From the IMG/VR virus record IMGVR_UViG_3300027772_001322, positions 1 through 24,829 of that record: 24,829 bases of DNA. One strand, given 5' to 3'. The stretch is from a virus. Taxonomy: Duplodnaviria > Caudoviricetes. Below, one piece after another: positions 9,050 through 18,215 of the stretch. The notes beneath the pieces are model-generated. The model saw only the letters and a program-made list of their open reading frames with translations. It did no database searches and was not told where the DNA came from. The translations under genes and the position numbers were made by a program. Position 1 is the first letter of the stretch. Each line of letters opens with the position of its first letter.

Positions 9050-9220
9050 GTTGTTATCTCCTTTACGCTGGATCAGGAATTGCTAGTTCCGTCAATGGTT
9101 AAATTATGGCTCCGATACATCTCCTTGTGCGTTAAAAGCCTTACTTCTTTGATCCCGAACCTTTCGGGGTACAATATATAGTTATGCCAATATGTAGAGT
9201 ATAAAAGCATAAGTTTTAAA

Positions 9221-9616
9221 TTATCTACGCATAGAGGATATCGCAATAGCCTCTTCATCACTGAAAACTGGTACTGCGTTACTTTTATGCATGGTGGCAA
9301 TTCCTTTTACCATAGTGCCTGTATAAACTTTACTTGGCTTAAGAACAGCATTACCACCAGTATCCACACTTTTGATGTGTGCAGTGGTATTACGGCCTTC
9401 GGGTATCTTTAGGCTGTAGACACTAGATAGACTGGGTGCGCTCATAGCACGAGTACGTTTCTTTTCGTCTTGTTCAATACCTTGCCGCCTAAGCAAGTCT
9501 TTCCACGATTCGTCCAATTCTCTAGCCTTTCTTGCATGTTCTGCTGAAGCAAATTTCTTTTTGCCTTTCTTTTTGCCAGTGGTACTGAGCCACGGACCTT
9601 CTAAATGCATACTCAA
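9221..9616 (-). CDS. Basic hypothetical phage protein
   Basis: GGAG SD precedes TTG 9616 (alternative ATG 9610); C-terminal YTGTMVKGIATMHKSNAVPVF; has its own sigma70 promoter. Confidence 0.8.
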   Translation of the reverse strand: MSMHLEGPWLSTTGKKKGKKKFASAEHARKARELDESWKDLLRRQGIEQDEKKRTRAMSAPSLSSVYSLKIPEGRNTTAHIKSVDTGGNAVLKPSKVYTGTMVKGIATMHKSNAVPVFSDEEAIAISSMRR

Positions 9617-9647
9617 TTTAAACTCCAAAAGTTATTACAATACTAGT

Positions 9648-9676
9648 ATTATACTAGTAAAATTGAACTATGTCAA
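9648..9676 (-). promoter_or_regulatory. Consensus sigma70 promoter
   Basis: TTGACA(9676-9671)-17 nt-TATAAT(9653-9648). Confidence 0.85.
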
Positions 9677-9682
9677 AGATTA

Positions 9683-10009
9683 TTATACTCGAAAACTTTC
9701 GCCGCAACCGCAACGGTCACGTTCGTTTGGATTGATGAAATCAAAACCTTCATTTAGTCCATTGCGGACCCAATCCATTGTCAAGCCATTTAGATAGACT
9801 AGACTTTTGGCATCTACCAATACTACAAAATCTTTTTGAGCAAAGTTAGTTACGCCCTGTTCAGCTTCATAACTATCCACATATTCCATAGTATAGGCCA
9901 ATCCACTGCACCCAGTAGTTCTTACACCTACACGAATGCCTGCGCCTTTGCCGCGGCGCTCTAAATTTTGCTTGATTTTTTTATATGCTATGTCGGTTAC
10001 GGTAATCAT
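9683..10009 (-). CDS. iscA: A-type Fe-S carrier IscA
   Basis: RVGVRTTGCSGLAY and NPN...CGCGESF (3 conserved Cys). Confidence 0.95.
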   Translation of the reverse strand: MITVTDIAYKKIKQNLERRGKGAGIRVGVRTTGCSGLAYTMEYVDSYEAEQGVTNFAQKDFVVLVDAKSLVYLNGLTMDWVRNGLNEGFDFINPNERDRCGCGESFRV

Positions 10010-10364
10010 TCACAGCCGCTTTGATAGCATCTTCTGCCAATATACTGCAATGTATCTTTACAGGAGGTAGGGCTAGTTCTTCGGCGATGTCGGAGTTTTT
10101 GATAGACGACGCTTGATCAAGACTCATGCCTTTTACTAACTCAGTAATAAGACTACTACTAGCAATAGCACTGCCGCAACCATATGTTTTAAAACGTGCA
10201 TCAGTAATAATGCCATCTTCACCTACCTTTATTTGCAGTTTCATCACATCGCCGCAAGCAGGGGCACCAACCATACCAGTACCAATACTAGGATCACTCT
10301 TATCAAAAGATCCAACGTTCCTGGGATTTTCATAGTGGTCAATGACCTTGTCGCTGTATGCCAT
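9981..10364 (-). CDS. iscU: Fe-S scaffold IscU
   Basis: MAYSDKVIDHYENPRNVG, APACGDVM, FKTYGCGSAIASSS, LPPVKIHCS. Confidence 0.97.
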   Translation of the reverse strand: MAYSDKVIDHYENPRNVGSFDKSDPSIGTGMVGAPACGDVMKLQIKVGEDGIITDARFKTYGCGSAIASSSLITELVKGMSLDQASSIKNSDIAEELALPPVKIHCSILAEDAIKAAVNDYRNRHSI

Positions 10365-10379
10365 ATTGTATTTATGTTA

Positions 10380-10574
10380 TTATTTTGGTTCTTTTCGTGC
10401 GTTTTTAACTGCGGTAACATCGTTACGTGTGTCTTTGCACAACTTTGCCAAATCTTGACAATGTTTACGAACACGGGTGCCGGCAGCGCCAACTTCCTTG
10501 TCATAAAACTTTTCAAAGTCTGCTTCCATTGCTTCTACTATTGCTGTGAATTCTGCGTGTTTGTTTGTAGCCAT
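10380..10574 (-). CDS. Histone H1-like (Hc1 N-terminal-domain-like) small protein
   Basis: DFEKFYDKEVGAAGTRVRKHCQDLAKLCKDTR matches the recalled KF..K...AAGTR.RK pattern; AAAGGA SD. Confidence 0.72.
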   Translation of the reverse strand: MATNKHAEFTAIVEAMEADFEKFYDKEVGAAGTRVRKHCQDLAKLCKDTRNDVTAVKNARKEPK

Positions 10575-10614
10575 TTTATTAATCCTTTATATGAAGTACA
10601 GAGTACTTATATCT

Positions 10615-10643
10615 AGTGTAACAGGGTAGAAAATAAATGTCTA
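10615..10643 (-). promoter_or_regulatory. sigma70-type promoter, with a TATAAGTA late-type element just downstream
   Basis: TAGACA-17 nt-TACACT with TGn extension; TAAGTA at 10609-10604. Confidence 0.65.
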
Positions 10644-10644
10644 T

Positions 10645-10956
10645 TTAATTGGCTATAACATTTGGTGATCCAGCAGTAATGGCTCCGCCGTCTGTACTAT
10701 CGCCCACTCTGGCAACTCCAATTCCGCCTACAAACACATTGCTTGATCCTGCATTGATAACAGCAGGATGGGGAATACAACTACCTCTTGGACCACCATT
10801 TATGGTGTGAGCGGCAGTTGGATTACCAACGCACTCTATAGCAATGCCATTGGCAAACACCTGAGCACCAGCACCTGTAGGGCCAGTGACTGTGGTTGTT
10901 CCATCACAACCATGACCGGTTGTGGTTGGATCTCCGTTTCGAGCAATTGCTGGCAT
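10645..10956 (-). CDS. PAAR spike-tip protein (T4 gp5.4-like)
   Basis: MPAIARNGD...GHGC, AHT, CIPH, GSSNVFVGGIGVARVGD, GSPNV repeats. Confidence 0.92.
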   Translation of the reverse strand: MPAIARNGDPTTTGHGCDGTTTVTGPTGAGAQVFANGIAIECVGNPTAAHTINGGPRGSCIPHPAVINAGSSNVFVGGIGVARVGDSTDGGAITAGSPNVIAN

Positions 10957-10964
10957 GCTAATAC

Positions 10965-11255
10965 TTATGCCAGTGCAATACCAGTAGTGCTTTCAATAAA
11001 CTGTTTGGCAAATTGTGCATCTGTTGCTTCAGCTACTGTAACAGTAGACTTTTGTAGTTTGATCTCAGTGTTGGGATTAACTGTGAACAAGTAAGGCATC
11101 AATCCTGGGCCTTTTGGCCCCATACCAATAACTTGCGGATTTTTTAATGTGTAATGTAACGGACCGTCTTGTACCAGCTTGGCAACAATTTCTTCGCCGC
11201 TGGTTAGTTTGAGCGTGACCACTTCACCTTCTGAGAAACCTTTTGAAATAAACAT
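10965..11255 (-). CDS. Hypothetical protein, probable Sm-like fold
   Basis: GEVVTLKLTSGEEIVAKL resembles the Sm1 motif. Confidence 0.65.
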   Translation of the reverse strand: MFISKGFSEGEVVTLKLTSGEEIVAKLVQDGPLHYTLKNPQVIGMGPKGPGLMPYLFTVNPNTEIKLQKSTVTVAEATDAQFAKQFIESTTGIALA

Positions 11256-11256
11256 G

Positions 11257-11499
11257 TTATACCTTTAGTGTGTTGAAAAATTCTTCGTCTTTGTCCGCTA
11301 GGCCTTGAAAGCCTCCTGGGATAAGAACGCCATTCTTGAAAATTTGTGGGACTGAACGTAGTCCTTGCTCCATGAGAAACTCACGTGCGCCAGAGTTTTC
11401 TTCCATTTTGATTATTTTAAATGGAACATCTTTACTTTCTAATAGTGCTTTTGCTCTGTCACAAAACGGACAGTTGTTTTTTGAATATACTGTGATCAT
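11257..11499 (-). CDS. grx: Glutaredoxin
   Basis: CPFC active site, RSVPQIF, GGF; follows nrdB. Confidence 0.93.
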   Translation of the reverse strand: MITVYSKNNCPFCDRAKALLESKDVPFKIIKMEENSGAREFLMEQGLRSVPQIFKNGVLIPGGFQGLADKDEEFFNTLKV

Positions 11500-11511
11500 C
11501 TTTTTCTCTTT

Positions 11512-12612
11512 TTATAGTGCGGGCAAGTCATCATATTCCAATGCTTCACTCATTACTCCAATAACATAGTTTGTGCTTTCGCTTTCCTGTAGTGCTGTTT
11601 GTTTCTTACTGGTATCAGTATGTTTGTTGAACCAAGGTATTGGAGTTGACTTTGGCGCTGGGTTGTTGTACTTGATACCAATTTGTTTAAGAGCATCCAC
11701 TGCGGTGTAGTCCACAAAGTCACGCAAGATATTGGCATTGAGTCCAATCACTGGGCCCATTTTAAACAAATAAGTTGCCCAATCTTTTTCTTCACGAATA
11801 ACGTCCATGTACAAATTATACACTTCTTGTTCGCATTCTGCTTTGATTTCGGCAAACCTTGTGTCTTCTTTTACCACCTGATTGATCAAGTAGGCTGTCC
11901 AACCTTTGTGTAGCAGTTCGTCTTGTAGTATCAGGCTGATAATATTACCATTGCCAATAAAGATTTTGTTCTCAACCATAGCCAAACTGGTGGCAAAGCT
12001 AACCATGAAACGGAATGCCTCTAAAGCATAGCTGGCATGCAATGCCATATAGATTGCTCTAACATGTTCTTTCTCAGTAACTGCTTCGCCTAGTTGTTTA
12101 CGGCAATTGACCACATGCAGTGCTTCGTAATAGTCGCCTACTGAACTAGCCATATCCACAATTTCTTGTGTATCATGGATTGTGTTGAACACATCCTTGG
12201 GTACATTATAGATGTTGCGAATGATGTGGCTGTAGCTCTTTGAATGAATGTTTGTTTCAAAGAATGTCCAGTTGTATACAAGTGCCTCTAGTTCAGGCAA
12301 ACTGATAACAGGCATAAAGATTTGACTTGGGCCACGTCCTTGCAAACTGTCCAATGCTGTTTGACGTAACAAGTTGCTGGTGAAGATATGTTTGATTGCT
12401 TCGCTGGCATCTTTAAAATCATTTGAATCTTTGGTAAGACTGATCTCTTCTGGTTGCCAAAAAAAACCACGTGCGGTTGCTTCAAAGTCTGCGATCTTTT
12501 TGTACTTGACTTCTTCAAATCTTTGAATGGTAACTGGGCCAGCTGGATCCAGAAACATCTTGCGATTGAGATAGTCTGTCTTGGTGTTTAAATTGTATTG
12601 TTGTTTTGACAT
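11512..12612 (-). CDS. nrdB: Ribonucleotide reductase class Ia beta subunit
   Basis: FFWQPEEI, LDSLQGRGP, ETNIHSKSY, LEAFRFMVSF, DELLH, C-terminal QESESTNY. Start ATG 12612. Confidence 0.96.
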   Translation of the reverse strand: MSKQQYNLNTKTDYLNRKMFLDPAGPVTIQRFEEVKYKKIADFEATARGFFWQPEEISLTKDSNDFKDASEAIKHIFTSNLLRQTALDSLQGRGPSQIFMPVISLPELEALVYNWTFFETNIHSKSYSHIIRNIYNVPKDVFNTIHDTQEIVDMASSVGDYYEALHVVNCRKQLGEAVTEKEHVRAIYMALHASYALEAFRFMVSFATSLAMVENKIFIGNGNIISLILQDELLHKGWTAYLINQVVKEDTRFAEIKAECEQEVYNLYMDVIREEKDWATYLFKMGPVIGLNANILRDFVDYTAVDALKQIGIKYNNPAPKSTPIPWFNKHTDTSKKQTALQESESTNYVIGVMSEALEYDDLPAL

Positions 12613-12613
12613 T

Positions 12614-13270
12614 TTAATATTTTCCTGATGCAAGTACTATCTTGCAAATGTGTTCTAATCGTTCAATATGTTCGTATGCTCGCCATGGGGTGTTGCCAAT
12701 GGCTACCACGCCGTGTCCTTTGATTCCTACTATATCAAACTTGATGTTGCCGTCGCGGTCAAGTCCCAAGTTGTGATGACAAGCTTCGCCCAATTCTTCA
12801 CTGATAGGAGCAACATCTCCCACATTGTGTGCTACCTTGGTATAACGATTTAATTCTGGAAACGAATCACTAACAGTGCCCAAGTCAATACCGGCATGCA
12901 TGGCCGCAATACAGTAGGTGGGATGAACATGAACCACCACACGCACATCGTCTTTGTGCTGTCCCAATTCTTTCTGTAGTCCAAAATGCAAAGGCATCTC
13001 ACCACTAGGTTCCAAGTTGCCCGACAAGTCAGTTTGTTCAATAACACTCCATGAATAGTTAAATGCGCCGGAACCAACACCACTGTTAATTGTTCTCCAT
13101 ATGGCAATCTTTTTAAACATCTCTGGTTGCATCTGCTGTTTACGCACACCACTAGGTGTCACATAAAAATGATCACGGTCATGATGGCGTATAGAAATGT
13201 TACCATCTCTACTGGTGATCCAATTACGCTTGTAAGCGTCTACTAATATATCGCAACATGTTTCTAACAT
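12614..13270 (-). CDS. Class II aldolase/adducin family protein
   Basis: DGNISIR, VTPSG, SGEMPLH, HVHP and GHGVVAIG (three Zn-binding His). Confidence 0.9.
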   Translation of the reverse strand: MLETCCDILVDAYKRNWITSRDGNISIRHHDRDHFYVTPSGVRKQQMQPEMFKKIAIWRTINSGVGSGAFNYSWSVIEQTDLSGNLEPSGEMPLHFGLQKELGQHKDDVRVVVHVHPTYCIAAMHAGIDLGTVSDSFPELNRYTKVAHNVGDVAPISEELGEACHHNLGLDRDGNIKFDIVGIKGHGVVAIGNTPWRAYEHIERLEHICKIVLASGKY

Positions 13271-15615
13271 TATAATTTACACGACTCACAGTCGTCCTCT
13301 AGTTCGTCATATTGGTAACCATTCACTTGAACTCCGTTTACTTGTGTTTGTTCTGGTGCAATCTCAGCAACTTGTTTACTGCCTTGTTTGTTGATCAAAC
13401 TGTAGTAGAATGTTTTCAATCCCCACACATGTGCCTGCATCAAATTCTTGGCAATCAATGTGGTTGGCACTTTGCGATCTGCAAAGTGTGCTGGATTGTA
13501 AAATGTGTTGGTACTGATACTTTGATCCACATAGGCTGCGAGCACTGCACTGGTTTTTAAATAACCATCACAATCTTTTTGTTCCCACATCATTTGATAC
13601 TTGTTCTTTAACTTGTGGTACTCTGGTACAACTTGTACAAAACTTCCTGCCTTTGATTCTTTGACTGATATCAAGCTCATGGGCAACTCAATTCCATTAG
13701 TGCTGTTTATAACAACGCTTGAGCTTTCGACTGGGGCAATGGCCATTAGTGTGGCATTGCGAACACCGTACTGTTTCATGTTAACACGTAGCGTTTCCCA
13801 ATCAAGTTCTGGAGCAAAGTCTGCTAGTTCATTAACACCCTTTGCTCGTAATTCCCAAGGGAATATGCCTTGGCCGTATCGTGTGTGTTCACTGTGTGTA
13901 CATGCGCCGCGCTCCTTGGCCAGTTCAACTGTGGCTTCTGTCAAGTAGAATGCTTGATGTTCCATCCATGCTTTAACATCTTGTAACGCATCCTTCTCGC
14001 CATAACGTAATCCACGTTTGGCGTGCCAATAGGCCAAGTTGGTGACACCAATGCCTAATGGTTGTATCTCATCGTTACTTAGTTTGCTTTGAATACTCAA
14101 GAAGTCTTGGTAATCAAGTATGTTGCACAAACTACGTTGCAAAATGCGACAAGCCCTGCGCATGTCTTCTGGGTTTCGGAAAGCTCCCCAGTTGATAGAA
14201 CCAAGAGTGCATAAAGCGATGCGACCATCAGCATCATCGAGACGCTTAAAAGACTTAGTAGGTAATAGTATTTCACAGCATAGGTTACTCTGGTAAATTG
14301 TATGATACTCAGGATCAAATGGTCCTTGCTTCATTACGTTGTCAATGAACACAAGATAGATACGTCCTGTGTCAGTACGTTCTTTCAATATGCCGCCTCT
14401 GAACACATCTTCTGCATTCATAGTTTTCTTGCGTAGATCCTTGCGCTTTTCATATTTCACATACAGTTCTTCAAATAGTTCAGTATTTTTATAAAACGCT
14501 TCATACAGGTCAGGCACTTCGTTGGGATCAAAGAATGTTATGTCTTGTTTGTTTTTAAATCGTCGCCAGAAGAAAGCACTAAGCACAACCCCATAATCCA
14601 TATGACGGACTCGGGTTTCTTCTGTGCCTTGGTTGTTTTTAAGTACAATAAGATCATCAAACTGATGATGCCAAATAGGATAAAATACAGTAGCACTTGC
14701 ATTACGGATACCTCCTTGTGAGCATGAGCGCAGATCACCAAACCATTTCTTTAAGAATGGTATCATACCAGTATGCATGATTTCGCCACCGCGAATTGGG
14801 GAGCCCAATGGGCGTAGTCGACCGATTTCCAATCCGATCCCCGCACGTTTACTGGCATACTTGGCCATCATTTCGCCAGAAGCAAAAATGGAGTCAAGAT
14901 CATCATCACTGCGAATGAGCACACAACTACTGAACTGCTTAGTGGGAGTGCCAAGCCCAGCAAGAACAGGAGTAGCGAGAGTAAATAAACCGTCTGAAGC
15001 CGCATTGTAGTATTCCTTAATATATTTCATTCGAGCACTGTTGGGTTCTTCTTTGTGAAAGATTGTTGCGGCCGCTATCATGTATCTAATTTGTGGAGTT
15101 TCGTAGGTTTGTTTAGTGCTACGATTTTTTACCAGATACTTTTCAATCAATTGTTCAATGGCCGCATATGAATATGTTTCATCCTTTTCGTGATCCAACA
15201 TGTCATTCATGCGGTTCCAATCTTCTTCACTATACCATTCTAACAGTTCGCCGGTGTATAAGCCAGTTGCTACATTTTTCTGCACAATGGAATACAAACT
15301 GGGAACTGCATAAGAACCATACACATCTTTTCTCAGCATTGAAAGTCTTTGCTTGCCTGCCACATATTGGTAATTGGTGTGTCCAACATCTGGATTGTTT
15401 TCCACGTCAATAAGATCCACTATGGCACGTAGAGTTATACCGTCAATTTCTTCTGTGGTGATTCCATCATAGAAGTGAGGCTGTGCTTTGATTTCTATCA
15501 TGCTTTGACTAACATCTGCAATGCCTGCACATACCTTGGCCACCTGAGCCTGCCATTTTTCTACTGCCAATAGTTCTCTGTTGCCATTTCTTTTTATTAC
15601 TGTAATTTTGGTCAT
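13270..15615 (-). CDS. nrdA: Ribonucleotide reductase class Ia alpha subunit with ATP cone
   Basis: VIKRNG ATP cone, FSSCVL, QSNLCCEI, ALCTLG, KTFYY, C-terminal CESC; no intein or intron evident. Confidence 0.98.
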   Translation of the reverse strand: MTKITVIKRNGNRELLAVEKWQAQVAKVCAGIADVSQSMIEIKAQPHFYDGITTEEIDGITLRAIVDLIDVENNPDVGHTNYQYVAGKQRLSMLRKDVYGSYAVPSLYSIVQKNVATGLYTGELLEWYSEEDWNRMNDMLDHEKDETYSYAAIEQLIEKYLVKNRSTKQTYETPQIRYMIAAATIFHKEEPNSARMKYIKEYYNAASDGLFTLATPVLAGLGTPTKQFSSCVLIRSDDDLDSIFASGEMMAKYASKRAGIGLEIGRLRPLGSPIRGGEIMHTGMIPFLKKWFGDLRSCSQGGIRNASATVFYPIWHHQFDDLIVLKNNQGTEETRVRHMDYGVVLSAFFWRRFKNKQDITFFDPNEVPDLYEAFYKNTELFEELYVKYEKRKDLRKKTMNAEDVFRGGILKERTDTGRIYLVFIDNVMKQGPFDPEYHTIYQSNLCCEILLPTKSFKRLDDADGRIALCTLGSINWGAFRNPEDMRRACRILQRSLCNILDYQDFLSIQSKLSNDEIQPLGIGVTNLAYWHAKRGLRYGEKDALQDVKAWMEHQAFYLTEATVELAKERGACTHSEHTRYGQGIFPWELRAKGVNELADFAPELDWETLRVNMKQYGVRNATLMAIAPVESSSVVINSTNGIELPMSLISVKESKAGSFVQVVPEYHKLKNKYQMMWEQKDCDGYLKTSAVLAAYVDQSISTNTFYNPAHFADRKVPTTLIAKNLMQAHVWGLKTFYYSLINKQGSKQVAEIAPEQTQVNGVQVNGYQYDELEDDCESCKL

Positions 15616-15764
15616 TTATTTCGCTTGTTTAGTTAATTATGGCAAGTATTTAGTGGCAACGATTTTCTCTCCTAAGGTTATTTTTAAATAACGTTTAAGG
15701 CTTGTTTACGAACGGTTTTTTCAATTTTTAGATGTTAGCAAATACTATCACAATGCACATACAA

Positions 15765-15793
15765 ATTATATGCGCATTTATTACAAAAGTCTA
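15765..15793 (-). promoter_or_regulatory. sigma70 promoter for the nrd operon
   Basis: TAGACT-17 nt-TATAAT; an additional TAAATA at 15652-15647. Confidence 0.7.
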
Positions 15794-15804
15794 GCAGTTT
15801 GGTT

Positions 15805-17727
15805 TTAAAACTGCGAACGATATGAATAGTTCAAAGTTCCAGCATCGCTTGCAAGAGTGTTTGAATATCTAATTGATATGGAAGTTGGCACTTGCCCAGC
15901 TGAAGCAGTGTATGATCCGCCCACCTGATCTAAAAATTCAGCACTGAATTCTAACACAACTGAATTTGGTGTTGTGACTGAAACATTATCAGTTGCGCTG
16001 GCAAAATCAAATTCGTCATACATTTGAATTTTTGCAGTTGCTCTACTGGCAACAATGGTCAGTGTGCCTCTTCTGCTGTATGCATTGGAACCAGTTAACG
16101 TGCTGGCATAGTTGTAGTCCAGCTTGTAGCTTATGGTGCCAGTTGGTGTTCCACTTTGATTGGTTGCCATTGGCAATCTAAAAATCTGTGTTGGATCCGG
16201 GTCTGTCACATTGAGTTCAACACTATGAGTACTGAATGAGTTGTAGATACCTTTTCCACTTACTTCAGGCACATATGGCACTGCGATGTTTCCAGTTAAT
16301 AAACTGTCTGCTCTGTCAGTGTAAATTTTCTCTGCGGTGTTACCAATTGTTCCAAAAAATATTACTGGGTAAGTAACTGTGGCAATGCCGCCGCCGTTAG
16401 CACCAACATTGATAAATCTACAATTTTGAACTGCATTGCCAGTTCCTTTGATAACCAATACACCTTGTTGTTTTACGTTATAGAATTTGCTATTAACGAT
16501 CTGTGTTTCTCTTGGGCCGTATACTTGTCCAGCAGTTACACCGTCTGCACCTTCACCTAGCACAACCCCTTGACTGATAATAGAAAAATTACAATCCACA
16601 AATGTATTGTTTAAAATATCTTTCATGGAAATTATGCCGTAATAAAAATTATTGAAACTCACATTCTTAAACAAGTTATGTTCGCATGTTACTAATGAAC
16701 TCACAGCATTAAGTCGTATGCCCACAGCAGTTGTGTTGACCACTGATGCACCATCCAAGTTGATATTTTCAAACACACTGTCTCTCACAGAGTCAAGTTG
16801 TATGCAAGTGTTCTGTCCTGAAATAGATTTGATAGTCATTTCAGACATGTTGATACGACGTGGAGCATATACTCCAAGTGTGTCGTTAGCATCAGCTGTT
16901 ACATAGTTGGATGAAGTACTTGTGTCGTTAACAAACTGCACCGCTGGTTTGTTTAAAACAACAGTTAAAGACAAACCAGTTCCTGTGCCTGTTGCTCCTG
17001 CACTGATAACAAAACTAACCCCAGCTACCACAGACAAAATAGTTGCACCTGCAGGAATATTTGTACCAGTAACACTAGCGCCTACCATTATAGCATTTGC
17101 ACTGGTAGTTGTCACTGTTGTGCTGTTGTTGATAGTGCCAGCTGTAACAATAGATGTAGGATTGTAACTTATGATAGTTTTTTCAGCACCAGCACCAACC
17201 AGTGTGGCATAGCTGGGAATATATAAGGGTTTGGTTGTGATGTAAATTCCAGACGGAATTTCTAATCTGATTCTAGTAGCAGTGCCAGAAGCTGTTTGGG
17301 CACTGGCTCGGTTGTTGGTGTTTAAGAACAACTGATTGATGGCTCGCTGTAATGCTGGCGTATCATCAGTACTGCCATCACCTGCTGTTCCAAATTCCAC
17401 AGTGGTGATAAAGTCGTCTAGTCGTTGCTGTAAACTTCTGCTGATAGGAGCATTTACGCTGGTACCAGTAATGATTGTGGTGTCAGTTGTTTTGTACACA
17501 TATTGTAACAACCCAATCAAGTTACCCTGTGCAGACAAGTCGTTTTGTGTTAAAATTTTAGTGTTGCCAACTGCTGGAGCACCTTCACTCACTGAGCCAT
17601 TACCAATGTACAATTGCTGGGCATCAATTGCCCATGCCATTTCTCCACTGGCCAGTTGCGGTAAACCTGTGCCAGCGTTGGCCTGGCCTCTACGTATTTG
17701 AATTCTTGAGATTTGAACGACAGCCAT
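15805..17727 (-). CDS. Tail fibre/tailspike-like virion protein with pectin-lyase-type beta-helix
   Basis: N-terminal RIQIRRG...LASGEMAWAID...LYIGNG anchor motif; FGTAGDGSTDDTPALQRAI beta-helix cap; Asn/Thr-rich coils; GAGGA SD and TAAATA. Confidence 0.82.
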   Translation of the reverse strand: MAVVQISRIQIRRGQANAGTGLPQLASGEMAWAIDAQQLYIGNGSVSEGAPAVGNTKILTQNDLSAQGNLIGLLQYVYKTTDTTIITGTSVNAPISRSLQQRLDDFITTVEFGTAGDGSTDDTPALQRAINQLFLNTNNRASAQTASGTATRIRLEIPSGIYITTKPLYIPSYATLVGAGAEKTIISYNPTSIVTAGTINNSTTVTTTSANAIMVGASVTGTNIPAGATILSVVAGVSFVISAGATGTGTGLSLTVVLNKPAVQFVNDTSTSSNYVTADANDTLGVYAPRRINMSEMTIKSISGQNTCIQLDSVRDSVFENINLDGASVVNTTAVGIRLNAVSSLVTCEHNLFKNVSFNNFYYGIISMKDILNNTFVDCNFSIISQGVVLGEGADGVTAGQVYGPRETQIVNSKFYNVKQQGVLVIKGTGNAVQNCRFINVGANGGGIATVTYPVIFFGTIGNTAEKIYTDRADSLLTGNIAVPYVPEVSGKGIYNSFSTHSVELNVTDPDPTQIFRLPMATNQSGTPTGTISYKLDYNYASTLTGSNAYSRRGTLTIVASRATAKIQMYDEFDFASATDNVSVTTPNSVVLEFSAEFLDQVGGSYTASAGQVPTSISIRYSNTLASDAGTLNYSYRSQF

Positions 17728-17769
17728 GAAAATATCCTCTTATAGTATATTTATGACTTGTTAGTCATG

Positions 17770-17798
17770 AAAAAGCCCCAGTGGTACTAGGGCTTTTT
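17770..17798 (-). terminator. Intrinsic terminator (possibly bidirectional)
   Basis: AAAAAGCCCTAGT-ACC-ACTGGGGCTTTTT; the U-G wobble pairs only on the minus-strand RNA. Confidence 0.85.
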
Positions 17799-17809
17799 GA
17801 ATGTGAAAA

Positions 17810-18190
17810 TTAAGCTATTGTTAGTGATGTAGCAAGTGTAACAGTTGTGCCGCTGATATCAATACTGTTTGGACCTACTGCTGTAACAGTACCGCTAGCA
17901 GGCTTGCCAACGTTACGAATACGTGTGCGTAGTTCAGTTGCATCGTTAACGCTCTTGTCCATGATAACATGTATTTTTCCACTGTTATCTGCAGGCATGT
18001 AAAATGCCAGTGGGTTAATTTCTTTAAGAATCTGTTCTACCACTTCATCCATTCCATCATCTTCTGCTTGCAGATCAACTGCTGTTGCGTTTGCAATTTT
18101 AACTGTGATCAAATAAGCATTGCAATTGTCCATGAACATTGTACCAACTAGGTTTCTTAACCCGTTAACTCTTGTGACTGTTTGTACCAT
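17810..18190 (-). CDS. Small probable virion structural protein
   Basis: 126 aa, Thr/Val-rich, with its own TAAATA (18215-18210), GGAG SD and terminator. Confidence 0.7.
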   Translation of the reverse strand: MVQTVTRVNGLRNLVGTMFMDNCNAYLITVKIANATAVDLQAEDDGMDEVVEQILKEINPLAFYMPADNSGKIHVIMDKSVNDATELRTRIRNVGKPASGTVTAVGPNSIDISGTTVTLATSLTIA

Positions 18191-18215
18191 ATCAAATCTC
18201 CGTTTGTTTTATTTA

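Noticed and set aside
9073-9300. 75-aa minus-strand ORF over the hydrolase leader
   Set aside because: Overlaps the upstream gene out of frame; the internal AAGGAG abuts its ATG with no spacer.
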